Positions 1-12,264 of a stretch of DNA of 64,000 bases are shown here, piece by piece (position 1 is the first letter of the stretch; each line of letters begins with the position of its first letter). The translations under genes and the position numbers were made by a program. The notes under the pieces were generated by a model. It searched no databases. It was not told the origin of the DNA and saw only the letters and a list, made by a program, of their open reading frames with translations. Source of the DNA: the human T2T-CHM13v2.0 reference genome, Homo sapiens. The stretch lies in NCBI RefSeq assembly GCF_009914755.1, contig NC_060935.1. The stretch is one strand, 5' to 3'.

Positions 1-1695
1 TGCTTTTAGACTTGTGCCTTAAGTCCACATTGTCACCACAAAGGCCTGTGACTTCTGAATTTTTTCCAGAACTCACATTTCCAAAAGCTGAGCCTTGGAG
101 AGCTCAATGGTAAGGAGATCTCGGCAGGCAGTTCCTGAGGAGACGCTAGTCGTTCTCCTTTCTGCATTCATACATCCATAAAAGTTGTTAAAACCTCAAG
201 CCTGCTGAGTCCTGAGGGTTCAAGGAGTTGCTGAAAGAAAACTGCCTCTGTTAGCTAACTTGTTTTAACCTCAGCTTCTGAAAGTTGGGGGCCAACCTAA
301 ATTCTTCCTGCTACACTTCTGTTGCTGGGCGCCTATCTTTCTTTGTTTCTTGTCTGAGACAGTAAACAGAGGGTAATGGTTGCACAAGCACCAGCTCTTT
401 TGTGATAGCCTGGGAGCTTCATGCAAGGAGTTCTGAACAGGTTGCAAAAGAGAAGCTGTTGCTGAATGCCAAAAAAAACCCCAAAACCGAAAACAAACAA
501 AAAAACCCTCTCTCCAGTTCTAGCTTGTTAGCTTTTTCCAAACCTTTGGGAGCTTGCCTTACCAATCAATGAGTCAGAAACCTTGACAGTTTCTGCAGTA
601 AGAAACTGTCGGGGAGGAATGAAGTTTGCACACTGGGTGATACCAGAGGAAGATTTGACCTGTGCTTAGTACACTTCAGCTTTATTTGAATGTTTTTCAC
701 AGTCATTAGAAATCAGGCAAGTTTTTAAAGTCAAACATTAAAATGACTACATTTTTAAAGTGAAGGTTGCAACACTTAGCATGAGAAGAAAGCTAACAGA
801 CAAACCCAAAAACAGTTGAAATGTAGTGGAAAGAGAACTGAAGCAAAAACATTCTCTTCCTAGAGATTGTTTAAGACCTTCAGATGCACTAAACATTGAA
901 AGATGATAATGTGCCCATCTATGTAAGTCAAAACAAAATGAGACCTTTTTGAAATATTACAAAACTCCATGTATGTTGAAACTAAAATAGTGTGTTTCTA
1001 GATTTTATGATTGCAGAATTTGGCATTAATCCATGGAAGCTGCCCTATCCCCCTCTCTGCTTTATTCATGTCCTAACAGTTTGTCTGCCTGTTGGAGAAT
1101 CTAGCAGAGCTATCTGTGTGCCCTCTGCCTTTTAACTCTGAGCAAGACATTTTCATTGTCTTGTCCTTGGCTTCCTCAGCGGTACAATGAAAGATAGTTT
1201 ATACGTTAAATTTCAGGATGCTTTCAGGAACATGATTTTATAAATAGCTCTGTGAGGTTGGGGAGAAGGAGCAAAGTCAGAGAGTTTAAGTGTTTTGCCC
1301 AGGGTCCCAAGACAAACAGAAGTACAACTCAGGTCTTCATGTTCTGAGTGTAGTTCCTTCAGCTGTATTGCGTGGGTTTTGAGTTTTTAATAAACTCTAA
1401 GGGCATTGTGTTGGGTGATGGACAAAAATATGCAAATAAATGGAGTACTTTATTGCTTCATTATTATTTATTTGGGTAAATATTCATTTGAATGTTGCTA
1501 TTATGCCTACAAAATGTGTAATTGTTTTATTTTTTAGAATATTAGCACTTTGGAAGGAAAGGCTTTAAATATCTGATAAACACAACAAATATTGAATAAT
1601 GTGAAGTATTTTAATGAGTTCACATTGACTTTAGTTTGCAAATTATGGTAATGGAGTAAAGGAAGGGATTTCTTGTTAGGGAAATTGACAGGAGT

Positions 1696-1700
<5 letters not shown>

Positions 1701-1758
<58 letters not shown>
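1701..1758. repeat. Compound (TG)n(AG)n microsatellite
   Basis: Directly visible. Confidence 0.98.
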
Positions 1759-3074
1759 AACATTTACAGCTTTTCAGATGTTATTTAATGCTATACACAG
1801 TTGTTTAAATGTTAAGAAAATAAAACCTGTAATGAAATACTTTATCATGTCAGATAAAATATATAATTAGGAGGGCTGTTTGAGATAAATTTCAGCCTAT
1901 CTTTAAGATGTGGTAGATCAAGAGTAATTTAACATGATTTAGCGCTGCTATTGCACAGTTAAGTATTGTCTGTGGTTGAATAGATAATGAAATGCAGTGC
2001 ATATAAGGTATGTTTTATTTCTTCTTTTTTTTTTTTCAAAATGAGAGTTTCATGAAAACCTCTCTGAGGTATTAAAAGTCCTTTTCTGATCTGAATAAAT
2101 ATTTTCTCTTCAGGCAGGTCATATATTATAGTTTGTTTAACAAAATAAAGGCTTGTGGCAGAAGCACATGAAATGCAGATAATGGTAAAATGACACTAAA
2201 CATAGCCCCTCAGGGCAGGTGTGGAGTGTTATTTTAGCAGTAAACCCCTTCTTATTAAAGTGTCTGTCATGGGTGTTTTGGAAGCAGCTGACCTTCCTTC
2301 TTACAAAGTGGCTATAAAACCACATCCTGACTTCTTTTCCTTTATCATGGACTTAGATACTCCAGAACTGAGGTACTAACCTTCTTGTCTTTGGCTTTGT
2401 GAATGTCCTAACACAATGTAGTCTAAAGTAAATGAAAAACTGAATTGGAACTCAGATTTTCTTGTTTTTTAAACGGAATTTTCTGGCCTATGTTCTTGAT
2501 ACCCACTCATTTAGAAAAGTTGTTGACTAAAAATAGTTTTGGCATATAATCATGGGGATTTGTAAGTGGAAAAATAATACATTAAACAGTAATACATATA
2601 TAAAGTACTAAAGCTGGGATAAATTAACTTGACTAAAGGGCCATGATGTTTTCTTAAGATAGCCTTTTTCAGTTTAGGGTTCCTTATCAAATCCTTCTGC
2701 TTCTTATCTATCTACTCCCCTCAATTATATCTCACACATGTTAGCTACAAGAGCCATCATTTTCCTGAAGCAGCTCTTCCATCATGGTGCTAACCTGATC
2801 ATTAAAGGAAAAAGCAGGTAGGGAGGGGGCTCCTGAAGTGCCCAAGTTTAAAGTTCATGGTCTTCATTTTGACATTTAGGGCTTGTGCTTTGTTCACCCT
2901 GTGTATGAGCTTCCTCCAGTTGAACTATACTGGGTCACTGATTCTTTCTCAGACAGTTCTTGCACTTTCCCACATCTGTGTTTTTACTTCCTCTGCTCCA
3001 TCTGGATTTCGGGCCAAAAAGATTCCAGTTAATCATTAGAATTGTTTCTGTCTTCTGTGATCCACCTCAGATGA

Positions 3075-3530
3075 GAGCATAATAACATGGTGGGTAAGAG
3101 CCTAGGCATTGGAATTAAATACACTTAAGTTGGAATTATAGCTCTACCACATATGAATAAGAACATAAGCCAAATACCTTAATTAACCAAGCTTGTCTAA
3201 CCTGCCTTATTTTGTTGTTGTTGTTCTGTTTTGTTTTGTTTTAGGCTTTTAGCAGCTTGAAGACATGGTTTTTGGGTTCTGTCTCTAGTGATAAGCAGAA
3301 GAGAGGGTTGAGGAAGGGGCTTTACTGGCCCAACCAGAAACAGAAACTAAAAACCCATGACTGTATTCTCTCCCTTGGGTACCCTTAAAACTCAGTTTTA
3401 CCATCCATAAAATGGAGATAATGATACCCACCGAATTTATTGTGAGAATAAAATAAAATAATGTATTTAAGGCATACATGATCACAATATCTGGCAATTG
3501 GTAGGCACTTAGTAAGATACTATTTATTGC
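3075..3530 (+). mobile_element. MIR SINE, interrupted by MER30B
   Basis: MIR core (ctcagttttaccatccataaaatggagataatgatacc..tgtgagaataaaat..) resumes after the 3188-3386 insert. Confidence 0.7.
3188..3386 (-). mobile_element. MER30B-like hAT-Charlie DNA transposon (MITE)
   Basis: Termini caagcttgtctaacc / cccttgggtaccctt resemble MER30-family ends (CAGGGGTGTCCAA..GGTTGGACAAGCTTG) in reverse. Confidence 0.75.
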
Positions 3531-4831
3531 CTTCTATTCCATAGAGTTCCTCCATTTTCTTTCTCCTACACAGCAATTAGTCCCTGCTCTGTGTCCTCAT
3601 AGCCCTTTGTTTCCTTGCTTTATAGTATTTGCTATGTTATGTTAGTATTTTCCCTCCCTTAAGTTCCTTGAAGTTGATCTCTGCTAGGTATTTCATAAAT
3701 GTTGGCTGAATTAAATTGAGTTGCAGAACCAGTGTACTTAACAACAGTGGGGTTTAAGTGATCTCAGCGTTAAAAAACTAGAAATTTTAGATAATTGATG
3801 GCTCCAAGGTCAAGCCAAGAACCCAAGCACCATATTTTTATGTATAAAAACTGGACAGCAAGCTGAAAATCAGCAGAATAGAAGGCCAGATACTTATAAG
3901 TCCTACCCAAATGACTGGGGAGGAATGAAGAGGTCAAATAGCTGCCTTAGGTCATTCAACTGCTTTGCAATTCCACATGTGGAATCATGTTAATGGTATT
4001 TGGGCTTCAGCACCATTGGTCTGATCCTTTGTAAAGTTACAAATATTTATTATAATAGTGATTCCTGTGTGTTTCAGATTCTCCTTAAGTCATATTAGTA
4101 ATTTAATTCTCTGACTTACCCTGGAATCATTGAAATTCTAGTATAAGAGAGTCAAGGATTCAAGTAAAGCAGCAGCTGGCCCCGGGACCTGGGACCAAGA
4201 GGGAGGTTTAGTAAGTCATCAGTGTCTGTCCAGCTGTCTCTCTGCACCTTGCCTTCTTCTCTTCTCTATACAAGTGTGTTTTCTCTCAGAATCCCCTTAT
4301 TTGGTGGAGAATTTGAAGCTGCAAGTCCTGTAACATAATCAGAATTCTCCAGATTCTAGCCTTGATCAAAAACTAGAAAAACCATGGAAGTTTTTTTATA
4401 AGCTCTAATTATGTTCAAATTATCATTCTCTCTACTTCTGCCTCATAAATATACATCTTACCTTAAAAGTATTTTTTTTTTTCTCCATGAAAACAGTAGC
4501 AAGGCATTTTTGAAGGAAGGGTGGGATGTTTGGTACTCTCCTCAGTTATATCTCATACACAGGAGCTACAAAGCATTTATACTCTTCCTAAAACATCTCT
4601 TTAATCAAGGCCCTTCTTTGATTCCCCCTCCCCCCCAACAAAAGCTAAAAGGGAGAAAAACTTTTGCATTTTCTCCTCAGTTTAAATAGATTACAGTTAG
4701 TGAGAAAATTGAGGGTGAAAATTGAATTGGTAAGCAATGTAGTTAACCAGTATTCAAATATTTACATTTTGCCATGTCTTCTCATTTAAAGTGAGATCAT
4801 GAAGAAGGGAGACTAATGACTTAAAGGGGGA

Positions 4832-5119
<288 letters not shown>

Positions 5120-6329
5120 GGGAGAATAACATCATTCCATTTGGTAGATCTTTAAAAGTAAGAGTAATGCATTTTTAATTTTAACAAAATTAAAATTTAA
5201 TGAATTATGCCTTATGACTTGACAGGTTCCACTTCTATCAGGATCCATTTTATACCTTCTACAAAAGAGACTGATCTATTGCCTAGGGTTTTTTTTTTCT
5301 TTCTTTCTTTTTAATTTTAATCATCTATAGTGGGATTCCAGAAAATACTGTCAACAAAGAAGTGATTCTGCCCATGAGTTAGGAGGGCACACCCCACTTG
5401 CAAATAATGCCATTCATTCATTCATGTCTAGCTTATCATTCTTTCCCTGGTAGAATGTGGAAACACTACCTGGAGGAGAAAAGATAGCTGCCTCAATTAT
5501 GGAAGATGCCAGTTGAAACAGCCCCAGGCCAGCATATGTGAAACCTGTTCAGAGTTTCTCTCTTCTATGGGTGAAGAGCTGACTCAGATAAGAATTGGCC
5601 CCAATTAAATTACGCTTACGTGAGGGAATGTCAGGCTGGAGGGACTGCCCTGCGTGTTCACCATTGATTATACCTGTGGAAATTCTTATCCAGAAGGGAC
5701 TGGTGTCACCAGGATCTTGATGAGCTCTGCATATATTACAAAGGAGAAATGCTTACTACATTAAAAGTCTGATGATGTCGCCACAATGTTTGATGATGCC
5801 GCAGCAGGAACATTAGACATGAAACCATCTCTGTCCTCTGCTGACTTTGAGTATCTTTGGGAGTTACCTGTAGTCCATTTGTCCCCATCTTATGTGTTAG
5901 ATCTATCTTCTGTTGGTCTACATGAGAAACCTAAACACTTGTTTTTGTTAAAAAAAAAAAAAAAGGAAAAATAATCCCCACCTATCTTTCCCTCCTGACT
6001 TAGACACCGAATGTATTCAAAATTCCTAAATGATTTCAAATTGAAGGTTTCACTCTTTGACTTGTTATTTAGGTTAAGTGGCTTTCTTGACAGGCAAGAG
6101 TTTTGCAATCGATTAGATGATGGACAGAAGGTGATGTATTGTAATTATTATGCATGTCCTTGGGTTTAAGTGAGGTAATTGTATGAAATTATGTAGTCAA
6201 TAGCTACTCCCTCCCACTTCCATTCCAAAAATATTGTGGCTGTGCTGTAAAGCTCAGGTGTTCTGCACCTTATATAAAAAACCTTAAAAGTACCATCCCT
6301 AAAGAAGGCTTATTTAGAAACATATATAT

Positions 6330-6430
6330 ATTTTTTATTTTGAATTGTGTAAAAAAAGAAACATGTAAAATTGACCATCTTAGCCATTTTTAAGTGTACA
6401 GTTCAGTAATGTTAAGTATATGCACTTTTT
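6330..6430 (-). mobile_element. L1MA/MB 3' end fragment
   Basis: aaattgaccatcttagccatttttaagtgtacagttcagt is typical of the antisense L1M 3' end. Confidence 0.7.
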
Positions 6431-6674
6431 TTTGCAGTTGTAGGTTAGTGGTTTTGAGGTGGCCCTAGTCTAGGATCAAGGGGACACTGTGTGTCACATC
6501 AATTATGAACATGTTATAAAAGGAAATTGAAAATGAAATTAAAATGGAATCAGTGGAGAAGGAAGAAGGAGATATATTAGGACAATCATTCCAAAATCAA
6601 TCCCAAAATCAAACAGACACAACAAAGTCCAAAGTTTCAAAAACATCAGATTGGTATGCATTGACTCCTATGGA

Positions 6675-7257
6675 TTTTTTTTTCAGACTTTCAGCCCCTT
6701 TAATTAGGTCAGAATGGCAGGCAAGGGGTGGGGAAGGTGGTGCTTCTTGAGCTCCACTCAGCAACTGGTCAGTTCTCATCCTCTGGCAACTGGATCGTGC
6801 TGGGGTTGAAGCAGTTGGATTCCATGATGGGAAGGTCTTTGGCCTCTCGGTATTTCACAAGCATCTCAGCTCTGCAGTGGGCCCACTCTCGCATCCTGTA
6901 ATCAGGCAGATAGGCCACAAAGGTGCTGCCAAGGACCGGGACAATGGAGACGCCAAAGAAGAAGACAACTCACATGTTCCAGATGTCCAAAATGGGGTCC
7001 TTGTCATAGCAATGGGAGTCTGGGTTCTTCTCATAGAAGTTTTTGTCCTCAGGATCTGGGTCCTCCTGCCAATGTACGGTCAGTTCCGGGGGCTGTTTTC
7101 CCACCACAGCAGACAGGGCGACCACAGTCCTGGAGAAGCTGGATTCCCAGCGGAGGTGGGTGGCCAAGAGCCTTTGCATCACCACTGCCGCCAAAAGACT
7201 GGGAGCGCTCAAACTTAACAGCCCAACTGCCATGACAGATAGTCCTACAGGGTCTCC
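6675..7257 (-). pseudogene. NDUFB11P1: Processed pseudogene of NDUFB11 (complex I subunit), CDS homology 7233-6769
   Basis: Minus-strand translation [82 protein letters not shown] matches NDUFB11. Intronless, with ATTAAA (6699-6704) and poly(A) remnant (T9, 6675-6683). Degenerate TSD gactcctatggatttt / gactctatgtggatttt. Symbol from recall. Confidence 0.95.
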
Positions 7258-8146
7258 AACTCCTATAGACTCTATGTGGATTTTATAATACAGATGATAA
7301 AGATTTGATGCCTTTCCATGAACTGTAAAGGACAAAATTATACAAATAATTTATCTGCTTCATGTTTACTTAGTGGAGAGATCAATATTATGATGGCCTA
7401 GAACAGAACTGAATTTTTTGGCCATTTTTAATAAAACCAAATAACCAGAAGGTATTTGATTAACAAAATCAAATAATCTGAAACTATCAGATAATTTTTC
7501 TTGATGGTCTGGTAGTGAAATGTTGAATCCAAGTAAACTCGAGTAGGAGAAGTAGAGTCCTAGGCTATATGACTTTCATCTAAGATTCTGTGAGAGGATG
7601 GCAAATAAGCATGTTCTTTGGTCTTCCATTAAAACCCTTTTAAAATATAATAGTATTATAACCACTTACTTTTGGTCTGGGGCTTGGACCCTCATTTTAT
7701 CGTTGCCATCCGCCAGCCTGTGTGACATATACTCAGCCCTCAGAAGCATTGTTTTACTTCCCTGGTGAGGCTGGTGCTGTAAACATCCGCTGAAGTTCCT
7801 GCCTCTTAACATCCCTGACTCTAGAAACACAAACCTTTAAGTTAGCTTAGATAACATAGCAATGATGTGTAAGATCTTGCAACCTGGTAAGAACTTATTC
7901 TGTGTTAGCTATTTGCTACACTGTTTCCCAATTCAACAAATATTTCTTTAATGCCTGGTACTTGATCTTGCAGAAATATGTGTGAGGCAAAGGGTAGTTG
8001 ATGCCCGAATTTCTGGTTCAGGACATTTAGTCTAAGTAATTTTTTGCCAATTTTATCATTTGTTCTTTCTCCCAAAAACATAAAAGTAATGGAAGGATGG
8101 TATTGTTAAGCCACATAAGGCTGGGAGCTAACATTTTTCTTTTTGA

Positions 8147-8466
<320 letters not shown>

Positions 8467-9866
8467 GGAAAGTAGTTCTTGAAAACAATAGTATAGTCTA
8501 TTGGATTATTCAAGTTCAAACCTCGAAGTACTTGTTGTACAAGCTTCTCTGTTGCTAAATTCCTTATTAATATCATTTACTCTTGTAACATTTGTTGCCA
8601 AATCATGGGCATTGAAAAGCACGTTTCTGGGCTTACATTTGTAATGGCTGAATGACATTTGTTCATAGTGGTCAAATCACTAGAGCCTCTTCTTTAGATT
8701 TTTTTTTAAAAAACGAGGAAATAGGAAAGGCATGTTAAACACAACAATAGAAATCTATTCTAAAAGAAAATTCAGATCTGAACTCCTTGGGTGGAATAGT
8801 TTGGTAAAGGTTAAACAAATTTTCCCTGACTCTTGTGGGACATTAAAATAAATTTCATCTAAATTCTTGTCAGCTTCCCTGTACAGCTGCCCTAAACATC
8901 TGCTGTGGATGCTCAAAATTGCTGCTTTCCCCATTTCACAGTTTACATATGCTGTGTAAACTATTTATTTGTATTACATAATTAGTGGCAACATGTACAC
9001 TTGGTTTTTAACAACATATACTCAGGGGTGGCCTAGAAGAAAACTATCTACTTACCTACATGGAATGAGGCTTCTTAGTTTAAGGCTTATCAAAGCAATG
9101 ATCCTATTTCCTTTGCAGAAGCTGTTGATATTAAGGAGAGGCATTTAAAATCTGTTTAGGTTATTGTAGCTTGGGGTAGAATTATGGGGATTGTGCTTGA
9201 TTTCACAATGCGGGGCAGGATTTGACAGCCGCTGCCTCGTAAACCATGCTGCAGAGTAAAATGATTTCCTCAAAGCCATGGAAAAGTGAGGCCACTCGAA
9301 GGCCTGGGAGGCTGTGGTCTTGGTAGTCAAGCAGAGAAAATTATGCGAGCCTCTGGAGAGGTGGCCCTATGTTGACTTGAGAAGATTAGTCTTCTGGGGT
9401 CTTGATTTTGTTGGCAGAATAAATGCGTCTGTAAAGAGTGAGATACGAGTCAGGTTGGCCAAAAACTAGAGAACATTAGTCCTTGGGAACAAACGGGGAT
9501 TCTAGCTGTCAAGGTGACTGATGGCCTTGCTACATGCGAACAGTTCCTGGAGAAATCTTGGTTCTACCACCAAGAGGTGATGGATCCTTAATTATCTGTT
9601 GTGGGTGGGGACCTCAGAACCCAGTCAGGTTTACATTGTAGGGATGGAAGTCATCCCAGCTCCAGTGGAAGGGAACCCAGTTTCTAACCTCAGCCATGCA
9701 GAGCTGACCTTGCATGGAACATGATCCCCAGAACCTCTCAATGGCAGCAGAAGAGCTCTATGCAGTGCCTCAGCTATGTAAAAATTCCTTTTGGGAGTTG
9801 TTTTTTTCTATTAATATATCATTGGCTCTATCCTTCCCAATATAGTTGAATTAGTTCCGCTAATCT

Positions 9867-10078
9867 AGGGTTTCTCAACTTCAACAGTATTGACATATTA
9901 GGCATGTAAGTTCTGTGTTTTGGGGGCTGTCCTGGGTAGGACATTTAGTAGCATCTCTGGCCTATACCCACTAGATGCCTGCAGCATCATTCTCATTGTG
10001 ATAACAAAAAATGTCTGTAGAGATTGCCAAATGTCCCATGGGGGTCAAAATTGCCCCTTACTCTATGGGAAAACACTG
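9867..10078 (+). mobile_element. MER20 DNA transposon
   Basis: tttctcaac..tattgacat..ggggctgtcctg..tagcatctctggcctatacccactagatgcc..aaatgtc..attgccaaatgtccc. Confidence 0.85.
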
Positions 10079-10121
10079 ATCTAATCCTATGTTTTCTTGG
10101 AGTTTCATAAGACATTTGTAG

Positions 10122-10560
10122 TTCATTAAACAACAAATATTTATTGAGCACCTACTATGTGCCCAGTAGTATGTACGTTTTGTGTGGGGTAACTGATGTC
10201 CAAAGAGAAAGTGCCTTTCTTCGTTCGGTTTATAGTCAAGTTGGAGTAACAGATATTAGTCAAATAGTCTTACTAAAATATATTTAGAATAATAGTAAGT
10301 ATTGCAAATGAAATGTTCTGTGTGCTCTGAGGACACATGACAGGGGCCAGACCTAATTGTGGAGATGACATAAATCTGTCCTGAGGAATATGGAAGCTGC
10401 AGTGACTCTGTGCATGTTTTTATAATGGGAAATCAGGGCAGGGGAAGCCAGTTGAACTTGGGAAATGTGCAGACTCCTGAGGTGGGACCTGCTCTACTAG
10501 GATCAAAAAAAGGCCAGTGTCGCTGGAAAGCAGAGAGTGGTTTGAGATAAGCCAAACAGG
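10122..10560 (-). mobile_element. L2 3' fragment
   Basis: ttcatt..aacaaatatttattgagcacctactatgtgcc is the antisense L2 3' end. Confidence 0.65.
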
Positions 10561-10568
10561 AAGCCAGG

Positions 10569-10898
<330 letters not shown>

Positions 10899-11425
10899 TC
10901 AGCCACAGCCTTGTCAGTTTTGGTCTTTATTATCCTGAAAGCATGGGAAAGGCATTGAAGTGTTTCTGCAGGGCTAGGATTTGTGTAGGTTTCAGCTAAG
11001 TGGCTGGTTGGTTGTAGCAGGAGTCCTATGGAGGGGATGAGAGTGGAGATGTCAGACTGGTAAGCGGCTTAAGGCTGTAGGGTTGCTGTCATCTTTTGCA
11101 CAGTCAACTGATACCTGGCCCCTTAGTTGTTCTCTCATTCACCTCATTGGCTGTGAAGTGTAATCTGCTGTGTCTCCACGGCCTTAACTGTATTTGAGCT
11201 CACTGAGTTCATATGCATTCATGTTCTGTTTGAACCGTCTGCATTGGATTGCTTTCTCACTCTGGCTTTCAGTTTCAAAAATGATACCAGGATCCCAAAG
11301 AGGGGATTGGAGGAGCAAAACAAGCTGATTGTCCTTGGTAACTTCATTTCAAGGATACAACATGTCCTAGGAAGTCACTTCATTGGCCATACCTTACCCA
11401 CCCCGAGTTCTAATTCTTCCAAAGA

Positions 11426-11637
11426 TCCACGTTGACCTGTTGTTAGGAATATTCTGTGGGTAGTCCCATGTGGTGATTGAAGGGGTGACCTTGGTCTCAT
11501 TAGCACTGAGTACTAACTAATCCAGGCAATGTGGGCTTATATGCACCAGTCAATAATAAATAACTTTAATGGGGACTATGGGAGAGCTGAAGGAGCCAGA
11601 TTTGCATTTTGCCTTCTTAGCTAAGACGCAGTTGTCA
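11426..11637. repeat. Direct repeat copy 1 (~210 bp) containing a tRNA-Ile-derived SINE head (MamSINE1-like) on the minus strand at ~11461-11520
   Basis: About 90% identical by eye to 12053-12264. Reverse complement ttagttagtactcagtgctaatgagaccaaggtcaccccttcaatcaccacatggg resembles tRNA-Ile(AAT). Confidence 0.9.
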
Positions 11638-11734
11638 AAATTTGGGATGTGCAGCAGGATTTGCGGAGATCCGGAAGACTAGTTTTCTCTTAGGATGAGC
11701 TCCATCACCTGGCTTTGTCTTAGTCTCTGTGGCA

Positions 11735-11753
11735 GCACCTCTAGGGGGCAGCA
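11735..11753 (+). promoter_or_regulatory. Predicted CTCF binding site
   Basis: gcaCCTCTAGGGGGCAGCa closely fits the CCASYAGRKGGCRS core. Confidence 0.65.
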
Positions 11754-12052
11754 TTCTACTCAGGCCAACTCTGAAGGGCTGGGCGATGTCACATCTGGTC
11801 TATTTGTGGTTGCCTTGGGATAGTAACCCTGTCCTGGACCTAGAATGTTAGGCTGAGGTTGCTTATGCTGAAATAACTAGCTGGAGGTTCTTGGACACTT
11901 TCTTTAAGGCGTGTCTACAAAAATGTCTACAGATGTCCCGTCCCTGTAAGAAAATATGTTTTCTTAAGTGAGCATACAGGAAGAGGATCCCACTGACTCA
12001 GGATTCTGCAGCCTCGGGCTCTTTAGTGGAGATGGAGGGTAGTTGAGAGGTG

Positions 12053-12264
12053 TCCATGTTGACCTGTTCTTAGGAAGAAAGACTCTGTGGGTAGTCCCCT
12101 GTGGTCATTGAAGGGGTGACCTTGGTCTCATTAGCACTGAGTACTAATCCAGGCAATGTGGGCTTATATGCACCAGTCAATAATAAATAACCTTAATGGG
12201 GAATACGGGAGAGCCGAAGGAACAAGATTTGCATTTTGCCTTGTTTGCTAAGACACAGTTTTCA
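12053..12264. repeat. Direct repeat copy 2 (~210 bp)
   Basis: Shares long exact blocks with copy 1 (attgaaggggtgaccttggtctcattagcactgagtactaa; tccaggcaatgtgggcttatatgcaccagtcaataataaataac). Confidence 0.9.

Noticed and set aside
4006-4027. REST/RE1 site (TTCAGCACCA)
   Set aside because: Only the left half matches; the GGACAG right half is absent
5450-5860. Possible additional exon (higher-complexity stretch after ccctggtAG)
   Set aside because: No recognisable homology, long ORF or convincing donor; cannot be supported from sequence alone
6877-7288. Plus-strand ORFs of 113 and 81 aa
   Set aside because: Antisense shadows of the NDUFB11 retrocopy
7234-7335. N-terminal extension of the NDUFB11 pseudogene ORF
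   Set aside because: Starts at TTG in flanking DNA; no ATG or promoter evidence
9969-9983. CTCF motif in MER20 (CCACTAGATGCC)
   Set aside because: Lacks the GGC core and is simply the MER20 consensus
11461-11520. Functional tRNA-Ile gene
   Set aside because: The A-box/5' stem is degenerate and the T-loop is altered (cccttcaatc instead of GGTTCGATC); SINE relic only
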